Shown here in pieces: positions 23,607-36,732 of a stretch of DNA of 64,000 bases. A program made the position numbers and the translations under genes. The stretch comes from Callorhinchus milii (lineage: Eukaryota). Where the stretch lies: NCBI RefSeq assembly GCF_018977255.1, contig NW_024704742.1, positions 15,934,001-15,998,000 of the forward strand, read 5' to 3'. The notes beneath the pieces were generated by a model. The model saw only the letters and a program-made list of their open reading frames with translations, did no database searches and had not been told where the DNA came from. Each line of letters begins with the position of its first letter. Position 1 is the stretch's first letter.

Positions 23607-25008
23607 CTCAGTTTGGTTTGGATATCTGGCTGATCAGAATCGAACTCCAGCCAGCCACATCCCCATACCAGGCAGCCCTTGCAATGTGGCCAGAACGGGC
23701 GGGTCTACACCCAATTGTGTGAGTTTTTTGTTGCTCTGCCAGTGAAAATGATGGCTTTAGGCAGGTGACTAACTTCTACATTTTTTATTTAAACCTGTAA
23801 AATGTTGTTGTCTCCTGCTCCCCTGAAGACCCTCTTCTCATACAGTTTCAAAAGCATTAAGCTAAATCAGCTACTCTGCTACCCTTTGCAGGTGACGCAT
23901 AATATTGGGCCATTTTTGGGCAAGTATTTGATCGACTTTGGGCTACAAAATTATTTTAATTCCTGGCATGGCATTCCTCAGTACATCTGTTACTGGATAC
24001 TCAGAGAGCTGCCCAAATAATAAAGTTCCCCCTGGGAATTGCTTCCAACTTCCCCACCTTCAAGATCTGTTTCGTCACGCGTTCATTTATTGATTTATTT
24101 TGCTGTTTCCAACGAACCTCTTAAACTATAATTGTCTTCCAAATAGAGGATTTAACGCGTTTGCAAAATAAGCAAGACTAAATAAGAATTGTAGTCTCTG
24201 TGGGTCAGTGTTACAATGGCACAATTAACTTAACAGTTGGTCTAAGGAAACAGTTGTTTACATGCCTACTAAACATACAATCGCATATTTGCTGAGGATC
24301 AACCATTCGGTGCAAATTATGTGCTTCACCTTTCAGCACTAGTTTCATGTTTCTCTTCTGTTCTGATCAAAGAGAATGAGTTAGATTTAAAGGAATGTAA
24401 CAACAATGCCAGTGCACAATGTGTTCAAGTTAAACTGAAACACATACTCCTCTTAGATTCCTTTTGGATTTTGGAGGCTTTCATTCTGAAATGTAATGCA
24501 ATTTTTAAATTGGCTCATTTACAGTTTCCATTTGCTAACAAACTAACAGTTGTCTCTGCTTCCACCTAGTGTCCCTTTGCAGTACACTTTTTTTAGGAAA
24601 TCCAAGAAATAAATTAAATAAATGATTCCAGAAAGCACCAGCGTTCTGAACTTACACAATATACATAATAAAAAGAACTGTGGAATCGACCAAAGTAATT
24701 TTGAAATGTGTACATTACAAAAATGGGTACTGTCAGCATTCCATCTGGGGACATAATGTTAACATTCAGCCACTGCACGCCTTTGGCCAGCTGTGTTCTT
24801 CACCCAACAATCTGCTTTAACCATAAGCTTTAGGAGAGCACCCCCTTGTGACCCGATATATTTTTCTCCTGTTTCTCAGAGAGAAAAGCATGTTCTGTAT
24901 AATTGAGTAATGGCTGGCATTATTCATCCTGAGGAAAGATGCTGCAGATAGGTTACTCTGCAGAATTTATGTTATTGAAGTACACAATGATCTGTAATGA
25001 TTCATCTG

Positions 25009-25216
25009 TAATAATAATAATAATCCTTGCATTTGATATAGCGCTTTTCACGTCAGGAGGACGTCCCAAAGCGCTTCACAGAACACACTGTAAAGTGAAT
25101 TGACTGTATATTTGTGGGCGAACGCGGCAGCCAATTGCACACAGCAATGTCCCACAAACAGTCGTAGATTGAAAATGACCAATTTATTATTGTTTTTGGT
25201 TTTGGAGGGATTATTA
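25009..25216 (-). mobile_element. 5'-truncated young SINE
   Basis: Near-identical to 23280-23490; ends at GGAGGGATTATTA. Confidence 0.9.
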
Positions 25217-28109
25217 AGGGTTACAAGTGGTTACAGAGGTCAGGGGGGGAGGTTATCACAATAAGCAAACAGTGTAACATACTTTACAGATATCATTCAG
25301 ATTTCAGTTGTACTCAGGGAAAGATGAAAATCACATGGGCACCATATGATAGTTAATTTATCCTTTGTAAGTACAGTTATATTTGATTCCAACTAACAAA
25401 TCTAGGAGGCTCTACAGTGAATTTGTGTATGGAAGGATTATCTTGTTTGGCATCAATGAGTCATGATGACAGATACATACAAGTATAAAAATAGACAGCT
25501 TCTCAAGAGAGGTACAATGTGTGCTATTGCTACTGATAATGAAATAAATCAAACTTCAGCCTGGATTAGCAGACAGAAAACTAATGTAATGTCTTTTTAA
25601 CTGACCTGGGAAGGAAAAGCATTAATTAACGACACCCAATCTTGCTGGACAGATTGCATTGGCTGTACAAAATTGGGCACTCTGGTATCCTTTGAAACTG
25701 AAAGTACAAATTAATGGTAAATTTGTGACATTTCATAACAGGTTTGAGAGATGAAATTTTGCAAATTTACCCCCATTATCACATTCATTGGATATACTTC
25801 AGTGCTCTCATGCCTGCCAAAATGACAGTAATTACCTTAGCAATAGTATGATAGTAATTACCCTGTAAAGTGTTTTGAGATGTTTTAGTGTTATAGGCAA
25901 ATGCAAAGAATATTGTGTTTATTGTAATTATTATAAGTTACAGAAGAAGCCAGAATGACCAGTGTGCATGGCTGGTGCATGGCAAGTGCTCTGGGACGCT
26001 ATCCTGGGTGAGGGTCTCTATATAAATGGAAGTTGTTGTTGTTATTGTAGTTAACCAGCCAATCATATATTGAACCTATCTACTCGTAGATTGACCACCA
26101 GATTGAAGAGTTATGTAGTTTATCAGTAGCAAGTGATGAACATGTGGCGTCAAATTTAATAGACAGTAATGGACTCAATGGGAGCTGCTTTACTTCTACC
26201 AGCTGAACTTCCTCAGCGTTAGTGATGAGTTAACCTGTATAGCAATACTGTATATTCAGAAAGCAGGTTGACTTTTTCTAGCTTGTGCAACCTGATCAGG
26301 AAGACTGGAACCAAATGCTGATGATTGTTTTTTCTTATGGAGTTTCTTTCATACAGATATTACGTCATGTGTAAGGGTAATCCCTCAACTAGTGAGTCTC
26401 TCAGGGAGGGATTGTGACTATTGTGACTAGAGATCTTCCACAGGGTAAAATTTGTTTCATCCAAACGTTGATCTTATGTAGCTGGAGGAATGGTACATCC
26501 AATGGCACAGTGACAGCATTTAAGTACAGTAAGCTTTTACAAAATAACTGAAATAATTCACCATCATCTTCAGCTTGGATACACAAAGGCTGTAATCAAC
26601 TCCCAAAATACACTTTCGTAAATGTCCAAAGCAAATTTCTTACCCAGTCACCTCAGCCACGTAGTGTGTTGGGCCTTTCGGAAACGTAGTATTAGTTCTG
26701 TGAGTTTCTATCATTGTGTTAGTTCGGTTTATACTATTGTCTAGTTTATTATTAAGGTTCTTCAGTCGAAGAGAAGGGAGTTGCTCAATCTGTATTCACA
26801 AGAAATATAGTAATGGGGTTTTCTCTTTGGGAAAATTGATGTTTGTTGCAAAAAACACATGCTCACACACAAACAAAAACTTCTTGAATGCTTGTTGAGA
26901 TAAGTGTCAAAGATGTTATGATGATACTCTGCCAATATTTATCTGAGAGCTATTTTCTTCTCATCTGTGTTGTTTTATGGTCTGGAGTCCGATATAACAG
27001 CTGTTTGGTATTATGCTTGTTGCAACACTTACATGTTATCCCAATAGGGTTTACATGAACTAAAATGACAGATTCTGTGTACTCACAAATTGGCACAGAG
27101 AATGAGCTCTCCTGTGTCTCATTGAATACCAGAGCAAGTGAGTCCTTGGACAAAAACATATATAATCTGCATTGCTTGTTTTCTGCTTGTACCATTCTAA
27201 ATACAAGTGAACTAAAACTTCTTGAAAAATGCAAAGTGGCAACATTTGGAATATTGTATGGAATTTTGGGCACAAGAAAAATATTAATGTAAGCACAATT
27301 CCAGGACTTGGATCTGTAAACTGTGAAGAGAAGCTTACACAGTTAAACGTCTTTTGGAGAAAAGAAGATTGAGTGTAGATGATCTAGGTCTTTCAAATCC
27401 TGACTGGCAGAGATGACACAGATATAAGCAGAATATTTGAGTTAGATTGTGAGTGCAAAACTAGAAGATGAAGTTCAAGATTAACAAGCGATATGAGAAA
27501 ATAGAGATTATTGTTTGTGGGACATTGCTGTGTGCAATTTTGCTGCCACATTTGTCTACAAAAATACATAGTCACTACATTTTACAATAAATCCTGCAAA
27601 ATGCTTTAACATGAAAGATGCTATATTAAATGGAAAGATTATTATTTTATCGTTATTAATAATGATAAATATATAGGTCCAGATTTACATAGATTATACA
27701 TGGCCTGTAGAATTATTTGACTTGATGGATCAATCAGATATTTTGCAAAATGTTATATCATAATGAGTTACTGCTACATCACATAATGGTGTGACAAAAT
27801 TAACATATTTTTCTCCCTTTCTCCTCAGTCACAGCCTATACAGTATATCAGGTTACCTGAGTGACTTCAGTAATATCAATCTCTAAAGTTGCCCTGGTGA
27901 ATCAATTGACTTTCATCATATTAAAACTAGATATGTGTGATGAAAATCTGTGAATATTGATTTTAAAGGTATGGCAGATTTCTAAAATTGGGTGCAGCCT
28001 CAAAGTTAACGCTTGCTATACTTTGTATTTAAAATAAATAGATGAAGGGTTATACCTAATGACCATGATTATTATGATATTCAGGTCCTGAATCTTTTAC
28101 ACAAAGGAG

Positions 28110-28345
28110 AGATTTCAAGCCTGAAGTCCACCTTGTCTTAGACTGTAACATAATTTTGACTTAAAATTTAAGATCGCACAGATATGTGGAAAAAAATTAA
28201 TTTAGTCTTAATTTGGAAATTGATTTTCCATAATTCTTAAAACAACATTATAAGACTGAATTGAAGAGTTTCCACAATCCTGCTTAATGTAAAATTTTAA
28301 GACAAAATGGCGTTATGGGCTAGGACTAGGTGAAATTTAAGGTTA
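28110..28345. mobile_element. old AT-rich palindromic MITE-like repeat (related copies ~15060-15230, 30600-30700, 33420-33640, 37210-37452, 48800-48900)
   Basis: Imperfect inverted arms, e.g. TTTTGACTTAAAATTT/AAATTTTAAGACAAAA and GTGGAAA/TTTCCAC; at 15094 AGAACTGTGGAAAATTCTTAAA/TTTAAGAATTTTCCACAATTCT. Confidence 0.55.
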
Positions 28346-28584
28346 TGGCTTCCTGTTTGCCTCTACATCATGTAATGGGGTGAAAAATGTGATATTTCAT
28401 GAAATATGTCATTTTTCAACCCATTGAGAGAATTCAAGAAGGGAGCCCACTTTTTTTAATGGGACTCATTTATCTGAACTTTCAAAGTGTTGGTGTTTAT
28501 CAATGTAGATGGACGATGGTCTAAAGAGAAAAACAGGAGAATGATAGGAATTTGAATAAAAAGAGAAGTTGCTAGAAATACATA

Positions 28585-30395
28585 GCAACAACAACGACAA
28601 CAAGAACTTGGCTTTATATAGTGCTCTCCACGATGGACGGCATCTCAGAGCGCTTCACAGCAAAGGATCCCGGGGCCGAGCCAGAGGGAGGGGAAGGAAG
28701 GTGACCAAAGGCGCGGTCAAAATGAAAGGTCTTCAGCTGAGACAATAAAATAAGAGAGGGGGCAAGGTGAAGGGAGTGAAGAAGGGAGTTCCAGAGCCTC
28801 GGGATGTAATGGCTGAAGACACGACCGCCGAGGGTCGAGTGGATGATTCGGGGGACAAGGAGGAGGCCAGACCCGGTGGAGCAAAGGCAACGGGCACTGT
28901 TGTGAGGAGAGAGGAGGTTAGAGAGGTAGGGGGGTGAAGAGGAGTGGAGGGGTTTGAAGACAAGAGTGAGGATCTTGAAGTCGATCCTCTCTGGGACAGG
29001 CAGCCAGTGCAGTCTTGCAAGGTGATCGGGGAGCGGAGTTTGTTGCGGGTAAGAATGCAGGCGGCAGAGTTTTGGATGATCTGGATTTTGTGAATGGTAG
29101 TGGAGGGGAGACTGGTGAGGAAGGCATTTGAATAGTCCAGCCGAGAGGTGGCAAAGGCATCGACCTGTGTTTCAGCGGCTTTTGGAGTGAGGTATTGGCG
29201 GAGACGAGCGATGCGATGGAGTGGGAAGAAAGCGGTCCCGGTGAGGAACCGGATGTGGGGGAGGAAGGATAATTGGGGGTCGAACCTGATGCCTAGGTTG
29301 CATTTGGGTTCGGAGAGTTTTAGGGGGAGGTCGGGTAGGTGGAGGAGGTGAGAACCATGTGATTTTAGATGTTGACGAGAGCCAAAGAGTATGGCTTCCT
29401 CCTTGTCAACATTCAGCTGAAGGAAATTCGCTCTCATCCAGCTCCTGATGTCTGACAGGCAGGCTGACAGAACATCGGGGGACTGGGGGTCGCAATGTGA
29501 GGTGGAAAAATAGAGTTGGGTGTCGTCTGCATACATGTGGAAGTGTACCCCATGTCTGCAGATGATATCCCCAAGAAGGAGCATATAGAACAGAAAGAGG
29601 AGGGGGCCAAGGATAGATCCTTGGGATACCCCGCAAGTAACCGGGTGAGAGCGAGAGGAGAAGCCGTTTGTGCAGATCTACTACTGGCAGTTCGTGAGGT
29701 AGAACTCGAACCAGGTGAGTCCGGTCCACTGAGGTGGATAACGATGGAAAGGCAGTGGAGGAGGGAAGCGTGATCGACTGTGTCGAAAGCGGCGGAGAGG
29801 TCCAGGAGGACAAGGAGGCAGATGGAGCCCTCGTCACAGGGAGAGAGGATGCAATTTGAGACTTTCACAAGCGCAGTCTCTGTACTGTGGCCAGGGCAGA
29901 AACCGGACTGGAGGGGTTTGAAGAGGGAGTGGGAGGAGAGGTGTGCGCAGAGTTGATTGGCAACAACTCGTTCTAGGACTTTTGGAGGAAGGGCAGGTTA
30001 GAAATAGAGCAGTAGTGGCTGGGGTTTGAGTGATGCAGGGAAGATTTTTTGAGGAGGGGGGTGATGACAGCAGTTTTGAGGGGGGCAGGGACTGATCCAG
30101 AGGAGATGACATCAGCCATTGTGGGCAGAGGAGGGGGAGCTGGGTGACCAGCAATTGGTGGGGAGGGGTTCAAGGCAGCAGGTGGTGGGTTTCATTGAGG
30201 TGATGGTGGGTGAGAGGGAGGAAGGAGAGTTGGGGAGTAACGAATGTAGGATGGGGGTCGTGATAGAAGCTGATGATGGGGAGGGTGAAGGGGACGGAGA
30301 GGTGGTGGTGGGTGACAAGAGCCAGGAGGATGAGGCTGCCTGGATGTTATGTATTTTGGATGAAAGGAAGTCCATGACCTCCTCGCACTTGGCAT
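28585..30395 (-). mobile_element. 5'-truncated, decayed L2-clade LINE
   Basis: Minus-strand frames give [30 protein letters not shown]; (CAA)n tail at ~28585. Confidence 0.93.
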
Positions 30396-31489
30396 TCATT
30401 CATTGATTGAGTCATTCATTTATTCATTCATGCAAATCATTCATTGCTATCAACCTGTGAAACAGTATGAGACCCTTTATCATGATTGAGGTTCAGACAA
30501 TTTCAGAACATTTTTATATGAAAACATTGATTGCACCTCTGGGTACAGTTGGAACAGTGGCTCTGTCTGTTGACTAAAACTTAATTTGGATCTGTTTATT
30601 CTAGAGTATTTTTAAGAACTACAGAAAACCAAATTGCAAAACTAGACTAAATTTAAGAATTTTTCAAAATCCTGCACAATTATAATTATAATTTTTAAGT
30701 TAATGGGTAAGAAACATTGAGCTGATATGTGGGCAAGTGTACTTAATGCGGCAATGGGATCGCTCGCGTGGGAAGGTTAGAAACAGCCAGATTTTCATCT
30801 AGCTATATTTTCTGCTGCTGCTATTGAAGTAATCAAATAGAAAATGCTGCATTTCTCAAGATCACAAGATTGGTTTGCATGAAGTCCCTTCGACCCGTTT
30901 GATCTCATCCTTCTGGGGACATCTACTCTACCATCTTCCAATCATCGTATCAAGCTGTTTTTTGTTTCTGTCATTAATTACCCTCTGAGTAAAGAAATAT
31001 TTCCTAGTGTTTGTCCTGAAATTGTCTTTGTAAACCTGAACATATGTTTTTGTATTCTACTGACTTGGTGCATCTGAATACATTGTTCTGGATTTATTTT
31101 TCAGTCCCATTTAAAATGTTACATGCACAATTATTGACTTACCTTGGTAAGCATAATTGTATTTAAAAAAGATGGATTTCTTATGACTTTCAGATAAGTG
31201 AGGTCAGACACATGCATTGAGATTTTTGTTCAATGTTTGCGATACCAAGTATTATCTTTAGTGCAAATACATTATTTTTTGTCATTCTTTGTCAAAGTGC
31301 AAACATAACAAAACATCTTAGGAGTAAACTCAATTTGTGACATGATAAACCTATCGCATTTTATCTATGTTTATACAAGATGTCTTCCAGTTGAAAATGC
31401 TTCACAGACCACCTACCTTAATATTTCAGTCAATACAGTTTCCATTTGAATGTTTGTCAATTGCATTTCTAATTCTAAAGAAAATGAAA

Positions 31490-31945
31490 AAACAACAGCA
31501 AAATTACATTTATAGAGCGCCTTTCACGTCGGGAGGACAATCCAAAGCACTGAACAGTTAGTTGTCGGGGCCCGAGCATGGAGGGGGGGTGGTGTAGGGG
31601 TGAGGGAAGGCGGAGAGGTGGGAGGGAGACCAAAGGCACAGTCGAAGAGAAGGGTCTTGAGACCAGCCTTGAAGGAGGCAAGGGAGGAAGCGAGGGGAAG
31701 GGACCGTGGGATGAAGTTCCAGAGTGTGGGGGCAGAGAGGCTGAAAGTCCAGCCACCAATGGGTGGGTTGGGCGGGAGACATGGAGCCGGCCGAAGCCCG
31801 CTGAACGGAGGGAACTTAAAGGTGAGGACGAGGATCTTGAACTTGATCCTCTGGGGGATGGGGAGCCAGTGGAGTCGGGCAAGGGTGGGAGTGATGGAAG
31901 CCTGGTGCGTGAGAGTACACGAGCTGCAGAGTTTTGGATGACCTT
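31490..31945 (-). mobile_element. L2 3' fragment with internal deletion
   Basis: LHWLPIPQRIKFKILVLTFK...APTLWN on the minus strand; L2 tail at the left. Confidence 0.88.
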
Positions 31946-33356
31946 CAGTGTTCTCACACACGTGACTGATTAAAATATCAGGGGCAAAATTTATGGCGTT
32001 TAATACTGTGTTACCTGTGCTGATTAACACAGAATGTGTTATCAACCATGATAGATTTTGCCTTAAAATGTGTACAAATGCCATATTTTGTTACTGTACT
32101 AACTAGGTTAATGTACTTTTAAAACTTTTTTTGAGATTTTTATACTAATCACATTGTGTGTGGGGAGGGGATGGGGGCTTGGCTTTTCCTACTGCTGAAC
32201 AGCAAGTCTCTCAACATTTAAATGGCTATTTTGATACAGAGAGGAAATTTCAAGTTTCCTCTGAATAGCCCACTACTTTCCAAGTTCACAACACTAGCCA
32301 TCCTCTGGTCCTTCTGCATGAAGTTGGCAATTTAAGGGAACTGTGAACTGCTGTGAATTGATGTTTATAGGACCTGAGCTGAGACTTCATGAGCTCTTTT
32401 GATATACTGTAGTAAATGCAAGGATTATCATAATTACTCTCATAGCCAACAAGCAGAGGAAAATTCCATCTGAACTACACAGGTTGAATTTGAGCCAAGG
32501 GTTTAGAGTTCTAACCCATTCTGATCGTAGTTGATTTTTTTGTAAGTGCTCATGGACAAATTCACGAAGCAGAGTGGAATATTAGCAATTGGATCTGCTG
32601 ACTATAACTCAATAGTAATTAATCTCATCATTTTCGCTTGTGAAATATATCGAATCCCACAGCTGGCCATGTCATCTCCTTTGTGTACAAATCATAACAC
32701 ATACTTGGAAGGAAACTGAAGTCAGCAATCCAGTCTTAGGGTTCAGGTTACATTCACAATCTGCTAAAGCAACACTCCCAGTTATTATGATTATTGATAG
32801 TAACTGAATCTTTGGATTGGATTCTTGGAATTGCCTTCCAAGTATACATGCTTTTCTGTACTGCAGAACCTCTTATTTGTTATTTATGATGATATTCTCT
32901 AATTATTATGATGAATATTCATAATTATTCAAACAATAAAATCAGATGCAGTAGAAAACTTTCACTCATCAGAACAAGAACTTGGTTCTCATTGCAAGAG
33001 TCAATCACTAGATGATTGAATGCTACATTGGATGTTTTGTTCATTATCTAATAGGCTTGACTCGTGTTACAGGTATTTTTTATTGGATTATTTTTGCAGA
33101 ATTAGCTAACATATTCTATGTGAATCAGATTTTAGGGATTGGAATTGGTTGCTCCTGGGAATGGCGGGTTGTCACAGATGCATCAACAACTCACGGATAA
33201 CAGAAACTGTGATGTTATTAGACACACGTGACTATGTGAAACATTAAGGTTATCAATTTGTGGTGTTCAATATTGTGTTACTTGTGTTGATTAACACTTG
33301 GTTGGCACTTCATTAACACTTTTCTTCATCAATGAATTGTGTATTTTTTCTTTCAG

Positions 33357-33386
33357 GACGATGTCAGGTTAAAGATGAAGAGAAAG
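33357..33386 (+). CDS. CPZ: CPZ coding exon 2 (30-nt micro-exon)
   Basis: tattttttctttcag|GA CGA TGT CAG GTT AAA GAT GAA GAG AAA G|gtaaag. Phase 1-1; (G)RCQVKDEEK(A). Equivalent to the short Cys-containing second exon of mammalian CPZ. Confidence 0.75.
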
Positions 33387-34939
33387 GTAAAGCTGGAAGC
33401 ATTCAATTTCCCACTTCTTAGGCCTGAATCCCAGCCAGTTTTAGCCTGTAAGACAACTTGGTCTTAAAAAATTAAGATCATGTGGAATTGTAAAAAAAAA
33501 AAATTTACTCCTCATTTGAAAGTTGGTTCTTTTTAAGAAAGGCAGGAATCCAGCTTCAAAATTAAAAGTGAATTTAGGCAGTTTTACACTTTTTTCAAAA
33601 TCTTGCATAATCTTTAATTTTTTAAGACAAAATTACAGCACTTTTATGTCAGTAGGTTTGCAGTTTGGAATATGTATTAAAACTTAATTTAATTGAACAA
33701 TGATGTAAATCGTGACTCTCCTGCCAAGGTCAGATTCACACATCAAGTCAAAGAGAGAAAAGGAGGAAGAAACTGTTTCAGACAATTTGATCTCATCCTT
33801 TCAGAGGACGTCCCCTTATCCTCTTCCTATGATGCTATTTCGTAAATGTTTCCAATGTCCCAGCTTGAACCACCCTTCCTAGTGTTTCTAGAAATACTTG
33901 CAGATGGTAATCAACATCCACTGGAGGGTTGCTTGTCAAACTCAATTCATGTGTACATATAAATGCTGGACTCTTAATTGTTTGCTGTCTAAATAGTTCA
34001 GCCTCTATTATTTATCTTAAAGAAGTTCATCTTGTATTCAGACTATTTGCATCATGATAATTCACCAGTTTTTTATATGTTGATTTTATGTTGTCATCAT
34101 TTTCCGTTACATTTTCTGTTGGCATCATTTATTGCTGTGTTCCATTACTTCTTCCCCACAGCAGAGTGATGTAATGGAATTAACTTGTAATCTAAAGAAT
34201 GCATTTTATTTTCAGCGGCTGATTGTTATATGAAGTGTAGCAACACACTATGAATCAACTATGTTGACCAAACCAATTTGCAAATGGAGAATATTGAACT
34301 GGGCTTGTTACCAAAAGCTTGAAGTTTTATAACAATGTCAGCCAACCATCCACTCAGATGGCTGGAGCCAAGAAAATTATCTGAACATACTTTCTGATAG
34401 TTAGCTTTAATCACTAACCTAATGGAAGTCCATTGAAAGTTTGAGCCATAGGCAATGCATTAAAATCTTCCGACCAACATAATTCTCCCAATTATTAGTA
34501 CATATTAAAGTACACAGGGCTTGCATTAAAACAAGTGTGTTTGCTTTCTCTTAAAAAAAACATTGCTTGCAAACCATCTCAAGGTGCAATGATAAAAACT
34601 GAACTACTGTTGCGTTAGCAATACCTAATGATATAAAAATGCATGGAAATCCTGCATCTTTAAGTCTTTTCCCTTCTCGGCGATGAAGATAGTCTCAATT
34701 TGTAAACAAACAAAACTGTAAATTAGCTTATCTAAGTAAATTAAACAAATGCATAACTTGCTTTGAATTCTGTCGCAGATTTGGCTTCATCTCTGTACTA
34801 TCCATTTAAAAGCAGAGCCTTAACAGTTACTCTCAGACCCCCAGTATAAAGCACTTTGGTTATAGCGTGGTCATACTATGGACTAATGGTATGCTGGGAG
34901 CGCTGTCCACCTCCAGTCAATGACATTGACTGGCTCAAT

Positions 34940-36443
34940 TCCCTTGATGCGTCGCAGCTATCAAGCTACCGGCCCGTCTCCAACCTTCCCTTCCTGTCCA
35001 AGGTCCTTGAACGAGTTGTCGCCTCCCAGCTGCGCTCTTTCCTCTCCACCCATTCATTATTCGAACCCCTTCAGTCGGGTTTCCGTGCTGCCCATAGCAC
35101 AGAAACTGCCCTGGTCAAGATCACCAATGACATCCTGACCATCTGCGACCAGGGCTCCCTCTGCCTCCTCGTCCTCCTCGACCTATCAACAGCATTCGAT
35201 ACGGTCAACCACGCTATCCTCCTCTACCGCTTGTCCTCCCACCTCAACCTTCAAGGCCCTGTCCTTGAGTGGTTTAGGTCGTACCTCTCCCACCGTCTTC
35301 ACTTTGTTTCCATGAACGGCTTTTCCTCCAGCCCCCGCACTGTCTCGTGCGGTGTCCCTCAGGGCTCTGTCCTCAGTCCCCTCCTCTTCACCCTCTATAT
35401 GCTCCCCCTTGGTGACATCATCCGCAGACATGGGGTTAACTTCCACATGTATGCGGATGACACCCAACTCTACCTTTCCTCCTCTACCCTCAACTCCACG
35501 ACCACCGATGTCCTGACAGCTGCCTGTCAACCATCGAGTCCTGGACGAGAGACAACTTTCTTCAGCTCAACGTGCGTAAAACTGAGGCCCTCCTGATTGG
35601 CTCACGTCAACGCCTCCGCACCTCTGGCGCTGACAGCATCAGCATCCAAGGCTGCACTCTCCACCTCTCAAAGCCAGTCAGGAACCTCGGTGTTCTGTTC
35701 GACCCTGAGCTGTCCTTTCTCCCTCATATCCACGCCACAACTGGCACCGCCTTCCATCACCTCCGGAATATCGCCAGACTATGGCACTACCTCACCCCTC
35801 ACGCTGCTGAAATTCTGGTCCACGCCTTTATCACCTCAAGGCTGGACTATGGGAACTCTCTCCTCACCGGCCTTCCTGGCACCTCCCTCCACAAGCTGCA
35901 GGTCATTCAGAACTCTGCAGCTCATGTACTGTCCCGCACCAGGCTTCGGGACCACATCACTCCCACCCTCGCTCGCCTCCACTGGCTCCCCATCCCCCAG
36001 AGGATCGAATTCAAGATCCTCATCCTCACCTACAAGGCTATTCACGGCCTTGCTCCCTCTTACCTCTCTGACCTACTATCCCCCTACCTACCTGCCCGTA
36101 CCCTCCGTTCCTCTGGCTCCGGTCTGCTCCACATCCCCTGCCCCAACCACCCTACCATCGGTGGCCAGGCCTTCAGCCTCTCAGCCCCTAGGCTCTGGAA
36201 CTCCATCCCCCAGTGCCTTCACCTTGCCTCCTCCCTTTCCTCCTTCAAGGCGGTCTCAAGACCTTTCTCTTTGACCGTGCCTTCAGCTCCCCTCTCGACT
36301 CTCTACCCCCTCCTCGCTCCCTCCCTTCTCTCCCCTCAGCCTGACCATTTCCCCCCTGCTCGGGTCCTGACCCAACTGTACCACGCCTTGGGACGTCCTC
36401 CCAACGTGAAAGGCACTCTGTAAATGGAATCTTGTTGTTGTTG
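34940..36443 (+). mobile_element. 5'-truncated L2-clade LINE, best preserved copy
   Basis: [12 protein letters not shown]...GVPQGSVL...YADDTQLY...LHWLPIPQRIEFK. Frameshifts near 35520 and 36250; tail TCTTGTTGTTGTTG. Confidence 0.95.
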
Positions 36444-36732
36444 CATGCTATATATACACAGAAAGGGTTGTCGGCAGTGCTTCCTTAATATACTGTGTAT
36501 GTGCAACACGCAGGAAATAAATGCAGTGGTGACCTGGTGACCCTGATGTTGGCCATTTATTGCCTTGGGAAACTGGTTATTCAGTGCTGATAACCAAGTT
36601 AGCACAGATCCAAAGTGGTGTCGTAATATAAGGGCTATGTTGAAGGGCACTGCATCTGGGTTCCTTCGTACATGTTATGTAGAGCATTGAAAGAATAATT
36701 GAAGTAACCTATTTTATTTTCTGTTTTCACAG

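Noticed and set aside
34856-36423. Long RT ORFs (246 and 283 aa) as an active or domesticated gene
   Set aside because: 5'-truncated L2 with no endonuclease or ORF1, two frameshifts and an ordinary (TTG)n tail.
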